Positions 1-8,098 of a DNA stretch of 64,000 bases are shown in pieces; positions within the stretch are counted from its first letter, which is position 1; the number at the start of each line of letters is the position of its first letter. A program made the translations under genes and the position numbers. The notes beneath the pieces were generated by a model. It searched no databases. It saw only the letters and a program-made list of their open reading frames with translations, and was not told the origin of the DNA. Origin of the DNA: an uncultured delta proteobacterium. GTDB lineage: Bacteria; Myxococcota; Myxococcia; Myxococcales; Myxococcaceae. The stretch lies in the NCBI GenBank assembly GCA_963771175.1, contig CAVYSY010000026.1, forward strand, positions 1 to 64,000, read 5' to 3'.

Positions 1-102
1 CGTGAGTTTCGTCACATCCGCCCACGGCCCGCTCCTTCAAAGGCGAAACGCGCGGCGACTCGGATTCCCGAGGAACCGCCACACCCCCACGAGGAGAACC
101 CC

Positions 103-261
103 ATGAAGGAGAAGCGTACCCGTCTGCGGATGACCGACCTCCAGGAGACCCCGAAGCGCCTGGGAGAGCGCGAGCTCGATGAGGTGGAGCTGAAGATCGT
201 CTCTGGCGGGCTGGCCAGCCAGGGAGGGACTTGTTCCGACTGTGGTGACTGCGATCAGTAG
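103..261 (+). CDS. RiPP precursor peptide, 52 aa, double-glycine leader (putative ATP-grasp target)
   Basis: Manual translation: MKEKRTRLRMTDLQETPKRLGERELDEVELKIVSGG-LASQGGTCSDCGDCDQ*. RBS GAGGAG at 91-96, ELxxxELxxVSGG leader motif, directly upstream of an ATP-grasp gene. Not in the ORF track. Confidence 0.85.
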   Translation: MKEKRTRLRMTDLQETPKRLGERELDEVELKIVSGGLASQGGTCSDCGDCDQ

Positions 262-386
262 TCCCAGGCCCATGGTCTGCTCCCCGGCCGCCAGGAGAGG
301 GGCCGGGAGAGCAGACACCCTCGCGACGTGGAGGTCTCCGCTCGCACGCGAAGACCCGCGCCGCTCCCCCAGTCCCCAGACAAACC

Positions 387-1415
387 ATGATCCTCATCCT
401 GACCGAGCCCGATGACGTGCATGCGAACGCCGTCGAGGCCAGGCTGTGCCACCGAGGCGCCAGCGTGTGCCGCTTCGATTGGAGTGAATTCCCCAGCACC
501 GCGTCGCTGTCGATCGACTCCCTCGGCGGTCGCAAGCGCGTCCGACTGAAGCGAGGCGGCGAGGAGCTCGACCTGAGTGAGTGCACCTCGGGTTGGCTGC
601 GCCGCCCGCGCAAACCCCGGCTCTCCGAGCGGATTGCCGATCCGCTGCTGCGAAGCTACGCGGAGGAGGAGTGCCTCCAGACCCTCCAGGACACCTGGAA
701 CGCGCTGGACATCCCCTGGCTGCCCGGGCCGATCCACGCCATCCGGCTCGCCGACAACAAGCAACTCCAGCTCCAGCTCGCCACCGCGCTCGGATTCGAG
801 ATTCCGCCCACGCTCATCACCAATGATCCGGACGAGTTCCTGGAGTTCTACCGCCAGCACGGGGGACAGCTCATCGACAAGTTCCCCACCGTCACCATGG
901 CCGCCAGCCAGCGCACGGGCCGGGAGCTGATGCGCTACACGCAGGCCGTCACCACCCGCGACGTGGGGTACGCGCGGCGCCTTCGCCATGCTCCCATGCT
1001 GTTCCAGGCCCAGGTGCCCAAACGCTTCGAGCTGCGCATCACCGTGGTCGGTCAGGAGGTGCTCGCCGCGGAGATCCACTCCCAGGCGACCCGGCGCACC
1101 CAGCTCGACTGGCGCCACTATGACTGGGGCCATACCCCGTACCGCGTGCATCACCTGCCGGACGCCATCCGCCGCGCCTGCCTGGAGCTGGTCGCGCGGC
1201 TGGGGCTGCGGTTCGGAGCCATCGACATGATCGTCACCCCCGACGACCGCTACGTCTTCCTGGAGATCAACCCCAACGGCCAGTGGCTGTGGATCGAGGA
1301 GGAGACCGGCCTGCCGATCGCCGAGGCGATCTGCACCACGCTCCTGGACCCCACTGGCACTTCCCTCGCTCCGCGCGCACGGCCCACGCTCGCGCCCCTG
1401 GAGGCCTGTCCATGA
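387..1415 (+). CDS. ATP-grasp ribosomal peptide maturase (MvdC/MvdD-like graspetide ligase)
   Basis: MILILTEPDDVHA N-terminus, WLRRP, ADNKQLQL, PPTLITND, FQAQVPKRFELRITVVG, DWR, FGAIDMI, FLEINPNGQWLWIE motifs. Confidence 0.92.
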   Translation: MILILTEPDDVHANAVEARLCHRGASVCRFDWSEFPSTASLSIDSLGGRKRVRLKRGGEELDLSECTSGWLRRPRKPRLSERIADPLLRSYAEEECLQTLQDTWNALDIPWLPGPIHAIRLADNKQLQLQLATALGFEIPPTLITNDPDEFLEFYRQHGGQLIDKFPTVTMAASQRTGRELMRYTQAVTTRDVGYARRLRHAPMLFQAQVPKRFELRITVVGQEVLAAEIHSQATRRTQLDWRHYDWGHTPYRVHHLPDAIRRACLELVARLGLRFGAIDMIVTPDDRYVFLEINPNGQWLWIEEETGLPIAEAICTTLLDPTGTSLAPRARPTLAPLEACP

Positions 1416-2473
1416 TGAATGAGTCCCTTCTCGCGGCGGTTCGTGACGCGCTCGCATCGCTGGTGAGGTGGCGAGAGGAGCGCCTGCCCCCCGAACAGGC
1501 CCAGGAGTCGTTCCAGTCCCTGAAGGCGCGCCACCCGGACCATTGGATGAACATGATCTGGGAGCAGGAGACCTACGGGAACACGGTCCACTACGACATC
1601 CTCCTCGCCAACGAGGGGGGCACCTGGTCCCTGAGCCACTGCGCGGACGAGGAGGTCCCCTGGCCGGCCAGAGGGCTCCAGCGCATCAACGAGTCGCTGG
1701 TGCTGCGCGTCAACGATGACCCGGTGCGCATCAACCAGGTCATCACCAGCCTGGACCACGCGTGGTCCACCCTGCATATCGGCCGGCACCTCATCAACAT
1801 GAGCCTGATCGAACAGGCGCTCCGTGACAGCGACCTGGAGGTGACGGACGAGGAGCTCGCCGCGGCGCTGGTCGACTTCCGCAAGCGGCGGCGGCTGTTC
1901 TCCGTGGAGCAGGTCGAGCGCTGGATGGTCGAGCACGGCACCACCCAGGTGCAGCTCGAGAAGAACCTGCGCGAGGACGTGGCGCGCGAGAAGCTGCGGC
2001 GGCGGGTGGCCGCGGGCCGCGAGGAGGCATGGTTCGAGCGCCACCGCGCCGACTTCGAGCGCATCCAGGTCGCGCGGCTGTACGTCCAGGACCGGGCCGA
2101 GGCCCTGCGGTTGTACGAGCGGCTCCGTGACTCGCCCGAGCAGTTCCTGGAAGTCGCGCAGGTGAGCTTCCTGGAGCGGGGAGGCACGGGCGACCTGTTC
2201 GCCACGTTGCGGCGCGGAGAGCTGGAGCCCGAGCAGGCCGCGCTCCTGTTCTCGACCGAGCCGGGACAGGTGGCCGAGCCCATTCCCAGCGGAGCAGGCT
2301 ACGAGCTGGTGCGGGTGCTGCGCTTCCACCCCGCACGGCTCGACGAGGCCACCCGCGAGAAGGTCCGGGAGCGCCTGTTCGAGGAGTGGCTCGCCGAGGG
2401 ACGGCGCCGCGCCCGCGTGGAGTGGTTCTGGGGTGCCGCCGAGGCCGAGGAGCTGCCCGCCGTGTCCCCGTGA
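1412..2473 (+). CDS. Putative peptide maturation protein with SurA/PpiC-like C-terminal region (TIGR04500-like)
   Basis: ATGA overlap with the ATP-grasp stop; HYDILL..SLS..PWP.RGLQR N-terminal block; SurA-like helical part; PpiC-like GQVAEPI..GYELVRV; ends VEWFWG. Confidence 0.75.
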   Translation: MMNESLLAAVRDALASLVRWREERLPPEQAQESFQSLKARHPDHWMNMIWEQETYGNTVHYDILLANEGGTWSLSHCADEEVPWPARGLQRINESLVLRVNDDPVRINQVITSLDHAWSTLHIGRHLINMSLIEQALRDSDLEVTDEELAAALVDFRKRRRLFSVEQVERWMVEHGTTQVQLEKNLREDVAREKLRRRVAAGREEAWFERHRADFERIQVARLYVQDRAEALRLYERLRDSPEQFLEVAQVSFLERGGTGDLFATLRRGELEPEQAALLFSTEPGQVAEPIPSGAGYELVRVLRFHPARLDEATREKVRERLFEEWLAEGRRRARVEWFWGAAEAEELPAVSP

Positions 2474-2664
2474 ATCACTTCCGTGAAGCGCTGCTAGCCT
2501 CTCCAGCGGGAGAGGAGTGGTATGCACGGTGGCGCCGTGAATCTGATCCTCCTCCAAGACTCCGATTTCCTCCCCGACGGCACCGTCCAGATGACCGGCC
2601 GCCGGGCCCAGCACGCCCGTGAGGTGCTCCGCGCCGAGCCCGGCGAGACACTCCGCGTGGGCCG
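2448..2664 (+). repeat. 217 bp direct repeat, copy 1 (rsmE upstream region and 5' end)
   Basis: Matches 7211-7427 at offset 4763 with about 4 mismatches by eye. Confidence 0.95.
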
Positions 2665-2671
2665 ACCATGA
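2537..2671 (+). pseudogene. Truncated 5' duplicate of rsmE (44 codons)
   Basis: GTG-NLILLQDSDFLPDGTVQMTGRRAQHAREVLRAEPGETLRVGRP-TGA, near-identical to the RsmE N-terminus at 7300. Confidence 0.85.
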
Positions 2672-3312
2672 ACAATCAATACAAAGATTTCAAATGGCCC
2701 GGGCCAACAAAATTCGAAAACAAAGATTTCGTTGAATTTGATTTTTCCAATTCAAATTTTGACGGCGTGTATTTTGTGGATTGCAGCTTCCACGGGTGCA
2801 TTTTCCACAAAGGCACACCAGGAAACCTCGCATTTTTTGGGTGTAATTTTAAAAAATGCAACTTCAAGAACTTTGACTTCCGAAGAATCAGTGTTGGAGC
2901 CAACGGCGGGACCTACGATGAATGTGTTTTTTCAAAATGCAACTTCACTGGCCGACAATTTGAATACCCACATTTCGCTTCCTGCACATTCGACCAATGC
3001 AAGCTAAAGAATGTGAATTTCAATGATGCATCCTTTTGTGCAACAAAATTCATTGGGAAAATTGAAGACACCACCTTCAACGGCCTGTACCACAAAAAAT
3101 CCACCGGGTTCAAAATATTAGACTCCGTGGACTTCTCGGATGCAGTTTTCGGCGATTTTGTAACCTTTGAAGACTGCGACCTCTCCACATGCATCCCTCC
3201 TAAAGGGAACGCTTTCAGCGAATTGCTGTACGCCATTTATGCCGGCAATTCAAAAATACTCAGCACAGGAAACAAAGACCGGATCGTTTTAACTACACCA
3301 CCTGGCAACTGA
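2668..3312 (+). CDS. Pentapeptide-repeat protein, AT-rich, probably foreign
   Basis: Repeated FxxCxF pentads (FVDCSFHGCIF, FKKCNFKNFDF, FDQCKLKNVNF); composition much more AT-rich than the flanks. Confidence 0.85.
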   Translation: MNNQYKDFKWPGPTKFENKDFVEFDFSNSNFDGVYFVDCSFHGCIFHKGTPGNLAFFGCNFKKCNFKNFDFRRISVGANGGTYDECVFSKCNFTGRQFEYPHFASCTFDQCKLKNVNFNDASFCATKFIGKIEDTTFNGLYHKKSTGFKILDSVDFSDAVFGDFVTFEDCDLSTCIPPKGNAFSELLYAIYAGNSKILSTGNKDRIVLTTPPGN

Positions 3313-3379
3313 ACTGCTTGGCTAAAGCCATCAAGCCCAGAAAAACGCTTGTGAGACGGCATCGCGATGATCTGACCTG

Positions 3380-3560
3380 TTGAAGCGCATCCCCTGGAAA
3401 GAAAACGCCGTGTTGAGCTTTCGACTCAGCGACGATCTGTTCACCTTGGCGCAAATGCGCACCAACTCCCTGATGGAGTTTTTCGATGTCTTTCGGAGCA
3501 GCCCGGATTGGGCCGGCACCGACCTGAACAAGGCCCCCATCATTTTCTGCGCCTTCGCTG
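3380..3560 (+). pseudogene. 5' fragment of an immunity-protein-like gene, truncated at a junction with GC-rich DNA
   Basis: KRIPWKENAVLSFRLSDDLFTLAQM resembles Imm26-type N-termini; composition changes abruptly near 3560. Confidence 0.35.
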
Positions 3561-3745
3561 GTGACGGTGCAGGAGACGGTGGACCTGCCCACGCTCCAGC
3601 TCCACGCGTCCGGTGTGACGGCGGACGCGCACCCGCTGTCACGGGCCCAGGCGAAGCTCGTCACCCTGCGCCCGGTTGCTACCAGCCGACGGGCCCCGTA
3701 GGGCGAACCACCTGACCTCCAGCGTAGTCCTCGGGTCCAAAGGCC

Positions 3746-3841
3746 CGCTGATCACGATGGCCGATCCCGGTGATCACGATGCGCCGATCTCGCTGATCAC
3801 GATGCTCCGATCCTGGTGATCACGATGGGCCGCCGCGCGCA
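3746..3841. mobile_element. Orphan IS21-family-like terminal end with iterated subterminal repeats
   Basis: TGATCACGATG at 3749, 3771, 3794, 3817 (22-23 bp period), ending in ...CGCGCGCA (TG/CA terminus). Confidence 0.6.
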
Positions 3842-3920
3842 GGTAGGACTTCGGAGCGCAGGATGACGCCGCAGCCGAGTCCGTGGTAGCTGGTGCCCGG
3901 GCAAGTGCCCAAGTCGTATG

Positions 3921-3996
3921 TCGGTTGGATGCCATGTTTCAGACAATGAAGAGGAATATCGGTTGGATGCCATGTTCCAGACAATGAAGAGGAATA
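3921..3996 (+). repeat. 38 bp tandem duplication covering the start of the lipoprotein gene
   Basis: TCGGTTGGATGCCATGTT(T/C)CAGACAATGAAGAGGAATA at 3921-3958 and 3959-3996. Confidence 0.9.
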
Positions 3997-4571
3997 GAGG
4001 CAGCATCGGGGTGGCCCTGGTCACGCTTTCGATGCTTGGGACCTGTGGTTGTGGTGACGAGCTGCCGGACTCCGAGCTCCCAGGGAATCCCCCGGACTCC
4101 GAGCTCCCAGTCAACCTTCAAGGCGTCTGGTTGGATCGCTGGAGCACCTCCATGGGATACCAGCTCGCCACGGAAATGTACGACTTCGACACGGGCGTGT
4201 GGTTCAAGGGGTATTACGACCCTTGGGAAATGGCGCCCTATCAGGGATTCGGCATCTCCTTCGGTCCCAATGGAGCCTTCACGTGGGTGATGGGCTCGAA
4301 TAATGCGGACGCGGGCTGCAAGTCCTACTCCATCGACTTCATGAAGGGCTCCGCGACCGTCCAGGACGCGAACACCATCCGATTTCGCGAAACCCAGAGA
4401 TGGCAGCGCTACCACAGCACCTGCGACCCGAGCTTGAACTACGACCGGGACGCCTCGGGCGGAGACTTCACCATGGACTATGTGCTGGGCGCGACGCAGG
4501 ACACGGGCCTTCCCACCTTGCGCCTCTACACTCCCTCGGATGGCACGGGCTTCGACTACTTCAAGGGGTAG
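3984..4571 (+). CDS. Hypothetical exported protein/lipoprotein
   Basis: MKRNRGSIGVALVTLSMLGTCGCG signal with Cys; duplicated PDSELP; aromatic beta-rich body. Confidence 0.65.
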   Translation: MKRNRGSIGVALVTLSMLGTCGCGDELPDSELPGNPPDSELPVNLQGVWLDRWSTSMGYQLATEMYDFDTGVWFKGYYDPWEMAPYQGFGISFGPNGAFTWVMGSNNADAGCKSYSIDFMKGSATVQDANTIRFRETQRWQRYHSTCDPSLNYDRDASGGDFTMDYVLGATQDTGLPTLRLYTPSDGTGFDYFKG

Positions 4572-4587
4572 GGCCACTCCTCGAGGC

Positions 4588-4773
4588 TCACCGCCCCGCG
4601 GAGCCAATCCTGGCCAGCGTGGGCACGCTGGGCACCATGGAGCCCCGCTCGACCCGGCCGTAGACGCCGGACTTCAGGCGCACCTTCTTGGCCACCTCCG
4701 CCTGCGTGAGGCCCAGCCGCAGGCGAGCAGCTCGGGCCGCGTCTCCCAGCGCGTGTCTCAGCTTCTCGTCCAT
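4588..4773 (-). pseudogene. XRE-family HTH regulator, probably C-terminally truncated
   Basis: LGDAARAARLRLGLTQAEVA...YGRVERG.MVPSVPTL is a typical myxobacterial XRE HTH; stops early. Confidence 0.7.
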
Positions 4774-4856
4774 GGTGTGCGTCTACCGCAATAGGAAGGG
4801 GACCGCGATGATCAACATCGACACGTGACGGGGACCTACTGATGGAGGCTGCGCCC

Positions 4857-5094
4857 TGCGTATTCCGGCGATGTGGAACACTCGTTCCGGACGAAGTGGA
4901 ACGCCCGTTCCGGAGCAAGCGGAACAGTCGGAGCGTCAGCGACGCTGGCCGGGGTTCACTTCGCCCCCTTCTTGGACCGGGTCAAATTCCTTTCCGGGTC
5001 GCGCATCGAGTCGCCCGTGAGCTTGAGCCGATGGGCGTTGTGCACCAGCCGGTCGAGGATGGCGTCAGCAAGGGTGGGCTCGCCAATCACCGCG
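4857..5094 (-). mobile_element. istB: IS21-family remnant: istB 3' end plus terminal repeat region
   Basis: [30 protein letters not shown] (IstB C-terminus, 4956-5094); end TGCGTATTCCGGCGATGTGGAACA... with iterated GGAAC/GTTCCGG repeats from 4857. Confidence 0.85.
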
Positions 5095-5385
5095 TTCTGG
5101 CCCGTCCACGAGGAGGCGTTGCCCGCCATCCCCGAGAAGTACCAGGGCATCATGCAAGCGGCGGAGTACCACCTGCGCGAAGGGGCGACGCCAGCGCTCA
5201 TCGACCGGGTCAATCGCATGCTGCGGGTCAATTACGCGCAGCGCAGGCGAGGCACGGTGACCCGGGGCTGGCCGCGGCGCGGTGGCGTCGAGGCCTGGCG
5301 AGCCGAGGTGCTCGCTTCCCGCCGGGGCAATCCCTTTCAGGCGGATGCCCGGGACTGGGACTGGTTCGTGTCCTTCCGGGAGTGA
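5095..5385 (+). pseudogene. 3' remnant of a hypothetical gene cut by the IS21 fragment
   Basis: Protein-like frame [27 protein letters not shown]...DWDWFVSFRE* starting at the IS junction. Confidence 0.4.
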
Positions 5386-5396
5386 GAAAGGAGCGG

Positions 5397-6848
5397 CTAT
5401 CCCTCGTGAGCGGGCTGGCGCGGACGGCGGCGCAACACGACCGGCACGAGCAGGGACAGGAAGATGGCGGCGAGGCCGGGGCTGGTACTGCAGCCGCCCT
5501 TGGGCTCCTCATTCACGGGGCTCGGCCCGCCGCCCGTGCCCGCATCGGAGCCTCCGTCCGTTCCGCCCCCGGTGCCACCGTCAGTTCCCGTGCCCGCATC
5601 CGCTGGCGTCCCGCCGTCCGTGGGCGTGCCGGTGCCAGTGCCGCAGTCGCCCAGCGAATGCTCCAGCGCGCCGAGCGTGTAGGCCCCCGATGACGGACGT
5701 GGACGGGCGCAATGGTCGTCCGTCACCGCGGAGCGCGCGGCGGCTCCGCCGATGAGTGAGGAGATGTTGCCCTCGACGCGCAGGTCTCCGGCCAGCGGCG
5801 CCACGTACCAGGAATCCCAGGTGGTCGAGGCCACGTTCATCAGGTTCGTGCCGGCGGTGAAGGTGCCGCTGTCACGGGTGCGGATGACGGAGGACAACAC
5901 GTTGCCGTGCGCCTCGCCGGTGGTGGAGGCGAAGCGGAAGTCCACGCCGGTGGTCGCGATGAGGGTGTTGAACAGCACCTTCGTGTTGGCGGCCTTGTTC
6001 AGGTAGATGCCCACGTCCGAGCAGTTGATGATGACGTTGTTGCGCAGGATTCCATCCGAGTGCTCGGGATCGCAGGGAACGTTCGCGTCGAAGGCCGGCG
6101 CGCAGTAGGCGTTCCCCGTGCCTCCACCTCCAAAGGACAGGCCGATGCGCGTGTTTCCAGCGGGGGCATCCAGGGTGCAGATGACGCGATTGCGCTCGAA
6201 GACGCCGCGCTTGCCACCGCTCTTCATGAACGCGCCGTAGGAGATGCCGTTGTTGGCCTTCGAGAAGTCGTGGATGGAGTTGCCGCGGACGACCCAATCG
6301 TCACCGGTGTCGATGTTGAGCTTGGTGACGGGCGTCGTCGTGTTCCGGACGCGCGTGTCGTAGACCTCATTGTTCTCGATGAGCCCCCGGTGAGGGATTT
6401 CGTAGACGCCGCTGGCGTTCTGCGCCGCATTCACCTTGAGCTGGGCGTTGAAGTCGCGGACGCGGCTGTTGCGCAGGACGAAGTTCTCCGCGTGGCCCGT
6501 GACATGGAACGCGTGCTCGCAATTCACGTCCTGGGCGCAGACCCCCTCGATGGTCAGGCCGTCGAAGACCCAGTACCGGCCTGACACCTTGAAGCCCTCG
6601 GTCGCGTTGAACCGGATGAGGGCCGCGTGCCGGTTCGCGGCCCTGACGATGATGGGCTGGGACGCGGTGCCCTCCGCCGCGCAGCTCAGGTTCGCGTTGA
6701 CGGCGTACGTGCCGTCCGCGAGGACGACCTCGTCGCCGGCCTGGGCAGAGGCGAGCGCTGACTGCAACTGGGTGACGGTGGAGACGTTCTTCACTGCGGC
6801 GAAGCTGGTGCTGGACAGCAGGAGCAGCGCCAGTGACGGGATTCGCAT
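5397..6848 (-). CDS. Secreted right-handed beta-helix (chondroitinase B/polysaccharide lyase-like) protein with MYXO-CTERM-like anchor
   Basis: Signal peptide; AQAGDEVVLADGTY; parallel beta-helix repeats; G/T/D-rich linker; GGCS-hydrophobic-RRR C-terminus. Confidence 0.8.
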   Translation of the reverse strand: MRIPSLALLLLSSTSFAAVKNVSTVTQLQSALASAQAGDEVVLADGTYAVNANLSCAAEGTASQPIIVRAANRHAALIRFNATEGFKVSGRYWVFDGLTIEGVCAQDVNCEHAFHVTGHAENFVLRNSRVRDFNAQLKVNAAQNASGVYEIPHRGLIENNEVYDTRVRNTTTPVTKLNIDTGDDWVVRGNSIHDFSKANNGISYGAFMKSGGKRGVFERNRVICTLDAPAGNTRIGLSFGGGGTGNAYCAPAFDANVPCDPEHSDGILRNNVIINCSDVGIYLNKAANTKVLFNTLIATTGVDFRFASTTGEAHGNVLSSVIRTRDSGTFTAGTNLMNVASTTWDSWYVAPLAGDLRVEGNISSLIGGAAARSAVTDDHCARPRPSSGAYTLGALEHSLGDCGTGTGTPTDGGTPADAGTGTDGGTGGGTDGGSDAGTGGGPSPVNEEPKGGCSTSPGLAAIFLSLLVPVVLRRRPRQPAHEG

Positions 6849-7210
6849 GGTGGCTTTTCCTCCGAAGCGGGTTGGGAGGTGCCAGTCTGACTCGGATCCG
6901 TCGCGCGAGGGCCACTCGCTTCCGAGCCTCAGGTCTCGCAGAGGCGCTCGACGTTGGCGCCGGGTCCCTTGCCGCTCAGGTGCTCGAGGTAGGCCTGGGC
7001 GACGCGGGCGCGGAAGCGCTGGGCATAGCCATCACAGAAGTTCTTGTAGGGAGTGCCGCTGGCGCCCTCGGCGAGCACCGCGCGGCCTCCGCCACACGAG
7101 GTCTCTGCACCGGCCGGGCTCACAACTCGGGCGGCCTCCATCAGCGGCCCTCCTCGGCCCCTCGGCTCCTGCCCTCCTCCCTCAACAGTCCTTCAATCCG
7201 TCCTATGCTC

Positions 7211-7427
7211 AGGAGCTGCCCGCCGTGTCCCCGTGAATCACTTCCGTGAAGCGCGGGTAGCCTCTCCAGCGGGAGAGGAGTGGTATGCACGGTGGCGCCG
7301 TGAATCTGCTCCTCCTCCAAGACTCCGATTTCCTCCCCGACGGCACCGTCCAGATGACCGGCCGCCGGGCCCAGCACGCCCGTGAGGTGCTCCGCGCCGA
7401 GCCCGGGGAGACACTCCGCGTGGGCCG
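7211..7427 (+). repeat. 217 bp direct repeat, copy 2 (continues into intact rsmE)
   Basis: Matches 2448-2664. Confidence 0.95.
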
Positions 7428-8049
7428 GCTCGGTGGGCTCGTGGGCACCGGCGAGGTGCTGGAGAACACCCCCGGCCTGCTCCGCCTGCGCGTCTCCCTC
7501 ACCGATCCGCCCCCTCCCCGCGCCGGGGTGGACCTGCTGCTCGCCATTCCCCGCCCCAAGGCCCTCAAGCGCGTGCTGCCCGCCGTGGCCCAGCTCGGCG
7601 TGGACCGCGTGGTGCTCGTCAACGCCGCCCGGGTGGAGAAGAGCTACTTCGACTCCAAGGTGCTCGCCCCCGACTTCGTCGAGGAGCTGCTCCTCCAGGG
7701 CCTCGAGCAGGCCCGAGACACCCGACTGCCCGAGGTGCTCGTCCGCGAGCGCTTCCGCCCCTTCGTCGAGGACGAGCTGGACGCCGTCTTCGGCACCGAG
7801 GCCGTCCGGCTCCTCCCCCACCCTCCCGCGCAGCAGCCGCTCACCCAGGTGGGTGCGCGGACCGCCCCGCGCGTGGTGCTGGCCATCGGGCCCGACGGGG
7901 GCTGGGTGCCCTTCGAGGCGGAATTGTTGGAGGCCCACGGCTTCCGGCCCTTCTCGCTGGGCCCCCGCATCCTCCGGGTGGAGACGGCGGTGCCCGTCCT
8001 CCTGGGACAATTGGAACTCCTCCGGGCGGACACCGCGCGCACGACGTAG
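7300..8049 (+). CDS. rsmE: 16S rRNA m3U1498 methyltransferase RsmE
   Basis: HAREVLR, LLLAIPRPK, GLEQARDT, SPOUT motifs IGPDGGW and SLGPRILRVETA; GTG start assumed. Confidence 0.9.
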   Translation: MNLLLLQDSDFLPDGTVQMTGRRAQHAREVLRAEPGETLRVGRLGGLVGTGEVLENTPGLLRLRVSLTDPPPPRAGVDLLLAIPRPKALKRVLPAVAQLGVDRVVLVNAARVEKSYFDSKVLAPDFVEELLLQGLEQARDTRLPEVLVRERFRPFVEDELDAVFGTEAVRLLPHPPAQQPLTQVGARTAPRVVLAIGPDGGWVPFEAELLEAHGFRPFSLGPRILRVETAVPVLLGQLELLRADTARTT

Positions 8050-8098
8050 CGCATCGGGCTTGAAGGGGCGGGATGGGTTGTTCAAGAGTCTGACCCCT

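Noticed and set aside
3746..3830. Short regularly spaced repeats as a CRISPR array
   Set aside because: Period is only 22-23 bp, the linkers resemble each other and there are no cas genes
6929..7141. 70-aa minus-strand ORF next to repeat copy 2
   Set aside because: No recognisable family or RBS; may be a gene remnant but cannot be supported
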